NCBI RefSeq assembly: GCF_963676685.1 | Contig: NC_092352.1 | Coordinates: forward strand, 40,362,001 to 40,426,000 | DNA from: Mytilus edulis | Taxonomy: Eukaryota | Length of the DNA: 64,000 nucleotides | Direction: 5' to 3' | Shown: positions 1-14,649 of the stretch, piece after piece | Layout: each line of letters opens with the position of its first letter | How positions within the stretch are numbered: the stretch's first letter is position 1 | Notes under the pieces: model-generated | Told to the model about the DNA's origin: nothing | Databases searched by the model: none | What the model saw: the letters and a program-made list of their open reading frames with translations, nothing else | Program-made: the position numbers and the translations under genes

Positions 1-1505
1 TTAAACACAAGGTTTATGACCACAAAAGGAAGGTTGGGAGTTGAGGTCTGAACAGTTTATGAATTAAGGGCCAAAAAGGGGCCCAAGTAAGCATTATTCT
101 TGATTTTTCGCACCATAACTTTAGTGTAAGTAAATAGAAATCTATGAAATTTAAACACAAGGTTTATGATCACTAAAGGAAGGTTGGGATTGATTTTGGG
201 AGTTTTGGTTCCAACAGTTTAGGAATAAGGGGCCCAAAGGGTCCAAAATTGAACTTTGTTTGATTTCATCAAAAATTAAATAATTGGGGTTCTTTGAAAT
301 GCCGAATCTAACTGTGTATGTAGATTCTTAATTTTTGGTCCCGTTTTCAAATTGGTCTACATTAAGGTCCAAAGGGTCCAAAATTAAACTTAGTTTGATT
401 TTAACAAAATTTGAAACCTTGTGGTTCTTTGATATGCTGAATCTAAAAATGTACTTAGATTTTTTATTATTGGCCCAGTTTTCAAGTTGGTCCAAATCGG
501 GGTCCAAAATTAAACTTTGTTTGATTTCATCAAAAATTGAATAATTGGGGTTCTTTGATATGCCGAATCTAACTGTGTATGTAGATTCTTAATTTTTGGT
601 CCCGTTTTCAAATTGGTCTACATTAAAGTCCAAAGGGTCCAAAATTAAACTAAGTTTGATTTTAACAAAAATTGAATTCTTGGGCTTTTTTGATATGCTG
701 AATCTAAACATGTACTTAGATTTTTGATTATGGGGCCCAGTTTTCAAGTTGGTTCAAATCAGAATCCAAAATTATTATATTAAGTATTGTGCAATAGCAA
801 GAAATTTTCAATTGCACAGTATTGTGCAATAGCAAGAAATCTTCAATTGCACTGTATTGTGCAATAGCAAATATTTTCAATTGCACAGTATTGCGCAATA
901 GCAAGAAATATCTAATTGCACAATATTGTGCAATAGCAAGAAATTTTCAATTGATTGGAGTTATCTTTCTTTGTCCAGAATAGTAGTTGAATCAACTTAA
1001 ATCATTGTTTTATACAATAAACAATGTGTATTCACTTTTACTACCAACTGATAAATTAAAACAATCTTTACCATTCAGTGATAACAAGCACCTTTTGTTA
1101 CATTTTAATATTTTATGATGTATTTAAATGAGTAGTTATTGTTGCAAACTCCATTAGAAATTTGAATTGAGATCAGTTTTGGAAAAAGTGAAAGGGGGAT
1201 GTGAAAAAAAAATGGGGGGGGGGGGGGTAAATTTTTCTCATTTCAGATTTCATAAATAAAAAGAAAATGTCTTCAAACATTTGTTTGAGAGGATTAATAT
1301 TCAACAGCATAGTGAATTGCTCAAAGGCAAACAAAATATTTTAAGTTCATTAGACCACATTCATTCTGTGTCCGAAACCTATGCTGTGTCAACTATTTAA
1401 TCACAATCCAAATTTAGAGCTGAATGTTGTGTCCATACTTGCCCCAACCGTTCAGGGCTCAACCGCTGCGGTCGTATAAAGCTGCGCCCTGCGGAGCATC
1501 TGGTT
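1..1505 (+). mobile_element. Helentron/HINE-like non-autonomous element with internal tandem repeats (5' part outside window)
   Basis: Internal ~130-bp subunits arranged as a ~260-bp dimer (about 239-770). A ~34-bp tandem array follows. The element ends in a GC-rich stretch plus CTGGTT (gctgcgccctgcggagcatctggtt, ~1481-1505). Related decayed sequence lies at ~15420-15960. Family assignment is from architecture only. Confidence 0.55.
783..952 (+). repeat. Minisatellite, ~34-bp unit (agtattgtgcaatagcaagaaattttcaattgcac), about 5 copies
   Basis: Directly visible tandem copies. Confidence 0.9.
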
Positions 1506-2821
1506 CAATTTCAAAATTCATTTCTTATATCTTGAAAACTATGTTGTTATAAGGACATATATTTTAAACTCAATAATGTTTAAGCAATGCATGGTGTAAA
1601 AAAGCATTATGACAGAATTCTGCAATGAATTACTTATCTAAGTAATTTTCCTTTTTTTTTTGCGTTTTGGGATATCAAAAAAAAATCAATTAGAATTTCA
1701 AAAAGGTCAATTTGTCTGCAATTTGATTGACTCTTTATAGGATATATTGTTTTTGGTCTTTAAAGATGGCCTCAGCCAGATTTAGCATAACGTTTGAAAA
1801 ATTTTAATTTCCTCCTTCGCCGAAATTGATTTGGACTTTCAAACGTGCACAAGAATTCTGATCGGCAAGACACGATATACAAAACGTTTAACCAAAACGG
1901 AGAATCTTCATATAGAAATTGTCATCAACCATCGTTCATCGATATTGTCCCTCATTTTCATTCGGTCTTTTATGTTTATTATTCCAATTTGATATTATTT
2001 CCGTAATCAACACTGATATGTTCCTTCTAAAAATTGGTAGGCTGAACTGCCATTTCCGGATTCTGCACAGGCACTTTTACTTATTTACCTTAATAGAACA
2101 TTAAGGTATATAGTGATTTTTTTTTATCAGAAAAAGTGCTTGTGGGATTCTGCCTTACAAATCATAGTTGCGCAGTGACCCCTAACGTAGTTATTAACCA
2201 GTTGTTTTGGTTTGGAAAATTGACGATAAATACCCTGCAACAAAAACAGCACTAAAATAAACCGAAACAAAGTGGCTATACCATTATGATGATGATATTT
2301 CTAAGCATTGTCCATGCAGTTAAATGCAAAAAAGTAGAGCTGGTACCAAGTATGCTTTTTAGATTTGTTTCACATTTAGTTTGTATAATAGTATATTGTA
2401 TATTTCACTCCCATATAATTTGAACGAATTTTCATTTACTTTTTATCTTTTTATCTTTTTGTTGTTTTGATTTGTGTTATTACATCACTTTACTTTTTTG
2501 TTCAAAGTCAGATGTTGCAAAAGGAATGTCAAATTGGAATCTTAAAGTAACTTGTGAGATACATCTATCCGTTATCGTTTTTATAAGACCATTATTCAAT
2601 CCAATTTTTACCATGTAATATCGATTACGTGCGTGTTAAATTGCGACCATATGAGTCAAAAACGAATAAAATGTGTTCGTGTTTGGCAATGATTTATTCA
2701 TATCGTGCACATTCAAAAGATAACTAATCTCCATTTACATACATGTGATTAATTTATGGGTATGGGAACTATTGAAAATTAGTGCCGGTATTTGCAGAAC
2801 TATTACAAATAAGATGTGATA

Positions 2822-3125
2822 CAAAATTAAGAACGGAAATGGGGAATATGTCACAGAGACAACAACCCGACAAAGAGCAGATAATAATCGATGAGGCAAC
2901 TCGATCTCAACAAGGGACCAAATGACACAGAAATCAACAGCTATAAGAACCGTACGACCTTCAACAATGAGCAACGCCCATACTGCATAGTCACGACTAA
3001 AAAAGACCCCGAAGTCGCAAATGCAAAACTATTCAAACGAGAAAACTAACGGCCTAATTAATGTACAAAAAATGAACGAAAAACAAATATGTAACACACC
3101 CTCTGAATGACATGCTCCTGTCTTG
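2822..3125 (+). repeat. Dispersed repeat, composite of two abundant families (A: aatggaaatggggaatgtgtcaaagagacaacaacc; B: ataagaagatgtggtatga.tgccaatgagacaactctcca)
   Basis: Family A recurs at ~10005-10190, 17712-17993 and 56079-56780. Family B recurs at ~4656-4845, 15960-16230, 22173-22372(-), 35905-36170(-), 52914-53182(-), 58965-59360 and 60095-60280(-). Confidence 0.8.
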
Positions 3126-4269
3126 AGGTAGGCATTTGCGTGCTTTATTTATTTTTATAATCTGTTTATTGTGCTTACACGGTACGATTTAATCGGCGAT
3201 TAACCAAACGAAATCCGATTTTAGCGTTCGCACTATGGGAATTTTTTTTATCGAAACGACATGATAGGTAAAGAATCGGATAGAACATTGTATTGTGTGC
3301 GCCCACCTAAGAATATACTTAAGTACATGATTGACCTGTACTTTTCTAACTGGTTTCAAGTGTCAGTTTTTAACGAGAAATAAACTTCAATCGTATTTCT
3401 TAACAGGACAAAAAGCCAAGGAATAATGGAAAACTGGTTTTTTTTTCCTTCTTTAAAAAAACGTAAGAAAATATAAGAAATAATATTATTGCAGGTGTGC
3501 TATTATATTGTCATGAAGAATGCGAAAATTAGTAACCAACAACAGTTGGTTCGATGACTATGAATGCAGCTGTTTTCCAGCTCCATTCTAATATAACACT
3601 TCCTGTATTCGTCGACTCGTGTCAGAGAACGTATAACCATCAGGTTGGATACAACTCCAAAGCAGTTCCTTGTTATATGCCACCTCGATAGAAAACAATA
3701 ACTAACGAGGGATACAAAACGTTCTTATTTGTAAGATAGACGAAAAATTGTATTCGGGAAATCAGTGTCTCCATTTCAAACTTGTCAAGTTCGAAAATTC
3801 CGTCCAGTTTTTATTATTATTTCGGAACCGAGTTTGGAAAATGATTATGGATTTTGACACAGATTCGCTCTTTCCTTTTACAAATTTTAAAATTTACGGA
3901 TTCCCAACCCTTCCCATTCGCCTTTGAAAACTTTGCTGAAAATCCTAGGTCAACAGCTAATTGCCGTAATTTAGGTTCATTCATTAACAATTTCAAGTGA
4001 TATTTTCTTAGTCGTTAACATTTCACTTAACATACTATAATTGACTTAAAATTAATGTGACCTGATAATTGATAAGTAAATTTTAACGCACACATAATCA
4101 CGTGTATCGTAAATAGCAGATAACAACTATGCAAGTTAGCCTGCAGGTCTTTCATCGTGTATTTTATTTTAATGAAATATCGCCCTAGTCCCATATAACC
4201 ATCATGTACTAGCCTGCCCATGTTAAACGGTTTCAACCTAACCACGTTGCATGATCAACTTATTGACAT

Positions 4270-4670
4270 GCTACATCTTCTTATGGCTATTATGATACAA
4301 TGATGATAGTATGACATATTTCTTGTCGAAAACTAAAATCACAACGAGTGAGGTAGCTAGAAAAAACATGTAAAGGAATATTAATTAAATGGCTGGTGTT
4401 TTCTGTGGTACTATCCAATATTTTTTGGAAATCATTTGATCTTTTTGCATGACGGCGAATTCATATTATCACTATTTAAATTGAAAACTTTAGAAAGCCT
4501 GTCATATAGTATCTTCATCTGCATGCTGGAGAAGTACAGAACAGAGCATTAATTGATATAGTTGACATTTTTTATCTAGCTACCTCACTTGTGGTGATTC
4601 TAGTTTTTGACCAGAGATATATTATACTATCATCATTGTATCTGACATGATAACTATAAGAAGAAGTGGT
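4270..4670. repeat. Inverted repeat with ~100-bp arms (4270-4372 and 4564-4670)
   Basis: gatacaatgatgatagtat...gtgaggtagctaga on the left is mirrored by tctagctacctcac...atactatcatcattgtatc on the right. Roughly 80% identity by eye, ~190-bp spacer. Confidence 0.75.
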
Positions 4671-6397
4671 ATGAGTGCCAATGATCATGACAACTCTCCA
4701 TCCAAATCATAATTGGAAAAAGTAATCCATTATAATTATGTCAATGTGCAGCCTTTAACACTGAGCCTAACTTGGTTAACACCGAGCAGCAAGCTACAAA
4801 AGGCCCCAAAATGACTAGTGTACTTTAATTCAAACAGGAAAAGTCATAAGTCTGGTTTGACTCACCAAAATCCCACATATTTCAAACAGAATACTAGTAA
4901 TTAAAATAAAACCGAAATTTTGGTCTTTGAAATACACTCAGCTATTGTGCATCAACATTATATATAGAATTTCCTCCCATCATAAAAATATTAAAGAAAG
5001 AAAAAATATGTTAGAGTTATCTTTCGTACTACATAAGCCGATTTTTAAAAAAATGCGTTTGTAGAAAACCTGATTGCCATGGATAACGAATTCCGGTAAA
5101 GATAATCTAAGAAGATGTCATAAGATAAAACGAAACATGTCCCCTAGACCTGTATAACAATATAAACATTCCACTTTATTGACCCTCAGGTTATTTATAA
5201 CAGAACATATGATTATGATTGGCGACTACAATGATTTTAAAATGTTCTTTTGGCTATACCAATAATTTGAACAATAGTGTCACGTTTTCGTTATAAATCA
5301 TAATTGTTTGCCTCTTTACTTACCAAAAATGACACATACTTAGTAAATTTGTATGGGGGTTATGATACCACATTGACACCCCCCCCCCCCCCCCTCCCCC
5401 AAAGAAAGAATAATCTAAAGAGACAGCAGGCCAAAAACATTTGAGTGTAACAACTTAAATAATTGTTCGTTTTAAATTTATTATTATAGTAGTATATGTT
5501 TGTAAATAACAAATTTAAGTTGAAACACAATATCGTTCTTGACTTGCGCATTATAATTTGGCATTAGATACTTGTGTATTGGCTGTCTTATCCTTTGAAT
5601 ATACATGATGAATGTGTGAAATTCTGGTCCTTACGCACTCCTCCAAGTTCATTTCATAACCTAAAGGCTAAATGGCGGGCAGATACGGGTTTAAACTTAA
5701 TGAGCTGCGTCGGATAGAATCGACCTCATGCAAGTGCATATATACATGTATATGCATAAGACTTTTTAATGTCATACTTTGGAATATTCAAATACCAAAT
5801 AAAATAAAGATGTTTTTTGTGCTGTATATGTTATAGGGTTCTTAACATAAACAAATCTGATGTGTGCACCATTGCTTCTGGAGTTTAAAACTGCTTTACG
5901 AGAAGGATATTCAATTCAATTCAATTTAAATTTTTTACTTAAAGTTCATATTCAATAAAAGTACATAGGTAACGGATTTGAAAAAGGGGGAGGTGTTAAA
6001 AAAAATGTCATATCCCAAAGTACCTATGGAAAATAACAGAAGATACAAAATCGAAAGAAGTATCATAAAAAAAATAATAATGAAGTTAAAATATATTTGT
6101 TTTATATTTCTTAAGAGACTTTACAATTGTTTTAGAGAGATCCATGTCTCTGGTCTTACCAAGGATTTATACAAATTCTTCATGTCTCTGATATAATTTC
6201 GTGAATCTTATTATTATATATATATTAGTATGTGGTCAGATTATAATTAAATATTGAGTACGACACTTGAATGATGTTCAAAATTACAATTCTGAATTAT
6301 TGATATAACTGTTTCCCCTGCAGCATCAATACATAGATTCGTCCAAATAAAATATTTTATGCAAATTAAGAGCACTTCAAGCAACGTAACTGTGTTA

Positions 6398-6545
6398 ATC
6401 CCGCCCACATGATGTCATTTTACTTTCGGAAGTTTAAAATAAGATGTTTGATAATGATAAAGTCCGAACAAACATAAAGAGGGCACTACGTCGCGCCTTA
6501 AAGAATTCATATAAAAATGAAAATGCCGGCTCCATCATCAGATAA
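6398..6545 (+). promoter_or_regulatory. Putative core promoter of alpha-tubulin A
   Basis: TATAAAAA at 6510-6517, TCAG Inr-like sequence ~25 nt downstream, GC-box-like cccgccc near 6400. About 110 nt upstream of the ATG-only first coding exon. Confidence 0.5.
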
Positions 6546-6627
6546 ATCCTGTGGACTCATTACTGTTCGGTCAGGCTTTACACATTTTTACGTTTTTCCA
6601 CCTTAGTCAAAGTTTAGATCAACCAAA

Positions 6628-9789
<3,162 letters not shown>

Positions 9790-10499
9790 CTTAACTTCTT
9801 GCCAAATAATCAAAAACAATCATAAGATATTAAAAAAATGTGCAATGTTATCTGTGCAATTAAGATTTTTATGAAGAAAAAAATATTCTGAGAATGATTA
9901 TTAGTTTCTTTTTTAAATGCATTTAACATATTAAAATCCTGTGAAAGAGCAGATCTTTTAGTCCATAGAAGAAGCTTGAAGGTTATTCAGCATACCCTGA
10001 TTTGAATAAAATTGAGAATGGAAATGGGGAATGTGTCAAAGAGACAACAACCTGACCATAGAAAAAACAACAGCAGAAGATCACTAACAGGTCTTCAATG
10101 TAGCGAGAAATTCCTGCACCCGGAGGCGTCCTTCAGCTGGCCCCTAAACAAATATATACTAGTTCAGTGTTAATGAACGCCATACTAATATATGGGTACA
10201 AGATGTTGTACATAAACAAGCAAACTATCCTGTATTCCATCCAAGTAAGAAATTGTAAAAGTACAGCCAATGAGACGACTTTAAGGCCTTCAACAATGAG
10301 AAAAATAAAGCGCAAGCTATATAAGGCTAAAGCTCCTTAAATCACAAAATTCATACTTATTAAAAGGGCAAATATCGAGCAGATTTCTACAACTTGAAAG
10401 GAAAACCAGTAGTGGTTAGGTACTGGATGGTAGGAAATGGAAACAAATTATTTGCCCTTCACTTTAATTAATAAACCCACTCCTGAAATTTGTTGTATA

Positions 10500-11742
10500 T
10501 TGCAATTTTGAAATAATTAAAGTGCCTTCTAATCGAGTATTTGTATGCCTTGCTTATTACCACAATATACAGATCAAGTCTGAATTTTAGTAGTGTCTCT
10601 CTAACCATTCTAGAGTTATGTCCCTTTATGAATTGAAAAAATTGCAAAAAAAAATGTTTCTGTTCTCAAGCTCAAGTTTGCCTCAACCAAATGTTATAAA
10701 ATTTATACACAATGCTTATAAGCACAAAACACAGTTCAAGTTTGAATTTTGGTTGTAACTTTTAGTCTTTAACCATTCTAGAGTTGTGCCTCTTTGAGAA
10801 TGGAAAAATTGCAACTATTGGAAATAAGTGAACTATATTTGATGTATGGAATGAATTCAAGACAGTCTGGCAGGTATAGTCTGATCTTGACCTTATTTTT
10901 ATTGATCAGTGGCAAGTTTGTTGTACCCCATCTGTAGAGGATGGCCGCATTTAGTTACCTTTATACGTCTGTACGTTCTAAAGATGGTTTACGTTCTTTT
11001 GTTTGCCTCAACCAAATGTTATGAAACTTGTACACAAGGCACTGATCAAGTTTGATTATTTGTTCAATTCTAGAATTGTACACCTTTATAAATTGAAAAA
11101 TTGCTATCTTTAGTTTGCCTTAATCCTTAAACGTTACACAAAACACGGATCAAATTTTAAATTTGGTAGTTGTAGAGTTATGCCCCTTCAAAAATGGAAA
11201 TATTTTTTTTTGTTTCTTTCACAAAACTTTTGACTACCAAATATTGCGAACTAGATACACTGTACTAATGATATTACCACAAAACTCTGAGAAAGTACAA
11301 ATTTTGGTAGTGCCAACTGCCTCAACAAAATTTTATGAAACCTATTTATACACAATGCTAATTACCACAACGTCACTTTAACCGTTCTAGAGTTATGCCC
11401 TTTATAAATAGAAAAAATAGCCAAATTTTTAGTTCCGTTCTCCACTGACTAAGTTTGCCTCAACCAAATATTATCAAATTTGTACACTGCTTATTTCCAC
11501 AGTTTGAATTTTGGTGGGGTCACTTTAAACCATTGTCAAGTTCTGCCCTTTATAAACGAAAAAATTGCCAATTTGTAGTTTCCGTTCTCTAACGTAATTT
11601 GCCTCAACCAAATGCTGATTTCCGCAACAACCAGAAGTACAAATTTGGATAGCGTCACTTATTTTTCTTGAGTTATGTCCCTTTATAATGTATGCAAACG
11701 GGGCATCATCTGTGTCCATAGGGAAACATTCCCCGTTTATTT
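10500..11742 (+). mobile_element. HINE/Helentron-like element(s) with degenerate ~160-bp tandem core
   Basis: Repeated units (tttgcctcaaccaaatgttat.aaa...tttgaattttgg...tctagagttatg.cccttt). A head-like ttgtacccc...gtctgtacg occurs at ~10920 and a short terminal inverted motif near 11700-11740. The same family starts again at 63737. Confidence 0.65.
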
Positions 11743-12603
11743 TAGTTTTTTGCAGACTTCCCGTTTTTTGAATTTTCCGTGTAAAGTTTGCCTTCCAAGA
11801 AAATATGAGGAATAGATAAACTATATTTTGTGTACTAGTGTTGAATGAGTGTAAGATGTCCATGGATTTCATGTTTGGGTTATATGACATTGATCTCATT
11901 TTATAAGATCATGTTAAGTTTATGAGATACTTATATAGATTTATATTAAGGACTAGTAACAAAATCAATGGTCACTAAAGATGGACAATTTAAAAAAAAA
12001 GATAAGAAAATTTTCGTGAAAAACTTTCAGATTGCAAGTAGTGCTTGTGACAGTTGTTAGACGGATTACAATCCAGCGATGGCTTAAACAATTTGAATAA
12101 AGCTTAATGTAGACCTGGATGCTTCATACCATTTGTTCCCATATCTTGTATGTCGATCTGTCATATAAAGGTTCTCGCGACTCTGTAATAGTACCATGTA
12201 ACTATTTTTTGTTTATTTGTTCCTTGCAATATCTACGTGTCTGTCCGACTGGGTTCACCTGACCTTTATCTCATTTCAAGTTTTCGTGGTCACTGAGTTG
12301 CTATCTTGGAAACCATAAGCGATAGGTCACCAATATATGCTGTATAGACTAATTGTAAAGAAAACATATCCCAACTAACCGGTTTCATCTTTTTCATGGT
12401 TTAAGATTATTATAAGTAAACCTTTGTTGTTTCAATGCTAAAAATGGAAAAGTTCTGCTTGATAGATGATTAATGCATGCAATGTAGCAATGATTTCCTT
12501 TAAACAAGTTTCTCTAATTCTATGGAAATATATCCCTTTTGGTTTAGAAAGACAGAAAAATGGTCTTTTAATCATTAGAGAAACAGATAATTACATAGTA
12601 ACG

Positions 12604-12712
12604 CGTGGATTATCGGATTTATCCAATCCCGATAGTTAAATTATAAATTTTAAAGTCCTCGCCCAGGCTCGGATAACTATCTCGATTGGATAAATCCGAT
12701 GATCCACTTGTA
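12604..12712. mobile_element. Small foldback/MITE
   Basis: gtggattatcggatttatccaatcccgatagtt is mirrored by aactatctcgattggataaatccgatgatccac. Confidence 0.7.
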
Positions 12713-13413
12713 TCAATTTAATAATCAATATTTATAAAGCAAGACAGAGACATATATATATACATAATCAACTGGTCTAAACATCAACCCAACAATAGAT
12801 CTGTAAATTTGCTTTCGCAAATTTTTTGTTCTTCCCTCGCCGGGATTCGAACCCATGCTACTGAGATATCGTGACACCAAATCGCCTGCACTGTAGCCGC
12901 CCCGCTAGACCACACGACCACCTGGGCTTCACAATAATAAAGTTGTCGGTGGTCGTGTGTTACCTTTCCTCGTCAGTTTTAACTGTAGCCGTCCCGCTAG
13001 ACCACACGACCACCTGGGCTTCAGAATAATAAAGCTTTCGGTGGTCGTGTGTTCCCTTTCCTCGTCAGTTTTAATCTAGCGTCGTACTACAGTACATGAT
13101 ATATAAGGCATGGAGATGATATTGTTACAGATCAGCTCAATTATATATAGTAAAGGATCCTACAAATTAATGCAAGATACAGTCACAGAAAATAATTATA
13201 TACTGACTCAGACGTACAAATATATATATAGGCGATCCGATGGATACATCTGTTGTAGAGTTGTCACTGACTCAGACGTACTTATAAATATAATTATTTT
13301 CTGTGACTGTATATTACATTAATTTGTAGGATCCTTTACTATAGATAATTTAGCTGATCTGTAACAATAACATCTTCATGCCTTATATATCATGTACTGT
13401 AGTACGCCGCTAG

Positions 13414-13464
13414 ATTAAAACTGACGAGGAAAGGTAACACACGACCAGCGAAAGCTCTTTTAAT
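13414..13464 (+). ncRNA. Putative minimal type I hammerhead ribozyme
   Basis: attaaaa-CTGACGA-g...c-GAAA-gc-TC-ttttaat. Stem I is perfectly complementary (13414-13420 with 13458-13464), the core boxes are intact, and stem III is a palindromic AGCT mini-stem (dimer-type). Stem II is weak. Two further copies lie on the minus strand within ~12930-13077. Confidence 0.55.
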
Positions 13465-13468
13465 GAGA

Positions 13469-13563
13469 GCCCAGGTGGTCGTGTGGTCTAGCGGGACGGC
13501 TGCAGTGCAGGCGATTTGGTGTCGCGATATCACAGTAGCATGGGTTCGAATCCCGGCGAGGGA
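13469..13563 (+). ncRNA. tRNA-derived Pol III promoter segment (not a functional tRNA)
   Basis: A-box-like TGGTCGTGTGG and perfect B box GGTTCGAATCC at 13543-13553. Cloverleaf stems do not close. Inverted copy at ~12834-12928. Confidence 0.7.
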
Positions 13564-14467
13564 AGAACCAAAAATTTGCGAAAGCAAATTTACAGATCTA
13601 ACATTGTTGGGTTGATGTTTAGACGAGTTGTATATATACATGTGTATATCTGTCTCTGAGCAAGATATTGGTTGGTAACAAATATAAATATGGACCACTG
13701 AATTCAAATACAATGTAAACAATAAACACTAGCACATCATAGAGTGAGTCTTATTTTGAAAATTTTGAAAGAAAATCTCTGTATTAAAGTCCGTGGAAAT
13801 ACGCGTTTTCCTGTGCAAAGCAAGTTGCCTTTGTCATGGAATAGAAGTTTAGTAAACATTAACTTGAAAGAAGTCTGCTGGAAAACTATTTTAACAGTAT
13901 TTTTTCATGACGCATTGCAGGGTAAGTGTATGTAAAATATGTGTTCCTAAAGGAACAGATATAGCATTGTTTCTAAGTTTCCAAAAGAACTTCTGTTAAG
14001 AAGAAGACGCATCTACCGACAGGTGACAAGAATAATTATAAAATTGATTGGCAGTAACATATTTAAATTAGAGTTATCTCGCTTTAATCACAGTTTACCA
14101 AATGTTCAAACGGGAATAAAATTAGTCTCCAAGATACGATTTAGTATTCACAATTAAATGATACTCGAAACACAATAAATAATTCAGTTATATCTCCACA
14201 TACTAAAATGTGGAAACGTTCAACGCTTTTCCAACATAATTAAATCACAAGAAGCATTCAATATATATATGTAGTGTACGTAATAACATTTTTAAGAAAA
14301 GACTAGTTTCAAAAATCAAGCCTTTTATTTGTTTTTCTGTGTGTACAGTCATATTTGATGCATTTCATGCGAAAAAAACTTCAAACTTTAAGCATTGTCT
14401 GCGTTTCCAAAGATTAATCTAATTTCTGAACCTTCAAAGTACATGTATTGTCTATTTTCTTTTAATA

Positions 14468-14649
14468 TGTAACCGGAGAGCACGAATTTCATTACAAAAT
14501 TGCTTGTCTCCACCGGGACTCGAACCCGGTACCTCTGTGTTACAAGGCAGCGCGCTAACCGACTGAGCTAAAGAAGTACTTCCTTAGCTCAATCGCTTAC
14601 GGCTGACTAAGTATCTACTAAGTTTTCTAAGGGAAGCAATCCCGTCACA
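14468..14649 (-). mobile_element. Solo LTR (182 bp) containing a tRNA-derived Pol III promoter
   Basis: TGTAAC...GTCACA termini with 4-bp TSD AATA (14464-14467 and 14650-14653). Minus strand carries TAGCTCAGTCGG (A box), a TGT anticodon-like loop and a CCGGG-TTCGAGT-CCCGG T-arm. Confidence 0.75.

Larger units (their letters stand above)
12745..13658. mobile_element. P-like terminal arms (CAGAGACATATA...ATATCTGTCTCTG) with 7-bp TSD AGCAAGA, enclosing an inverted pair of hammerhead/tRNA-like units
   Basis: TSD AGCAAGA at 12738-12744 and 13659-13665. Arms match the 37-bp palindrome at 15371-15407. Inner copies lie at ~12769-13200 (-) and 13231-13630 (+) and are bordered by (TA)n. Confidence 0.8.

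Noticed and set aside
3636-3658. Short match to tubulin exon 2 (tcaggttggatac)
   Set aside because: Only ~13 bp with no extendable reading frame. Most likely chance.
14505-14577. tRNA-Thr(TGT) gene
   Set aside because: Acceptor and anticodon stems do not pair, and it lies inside a TG...CA element with a TSD. Treated as tRNA-derived.
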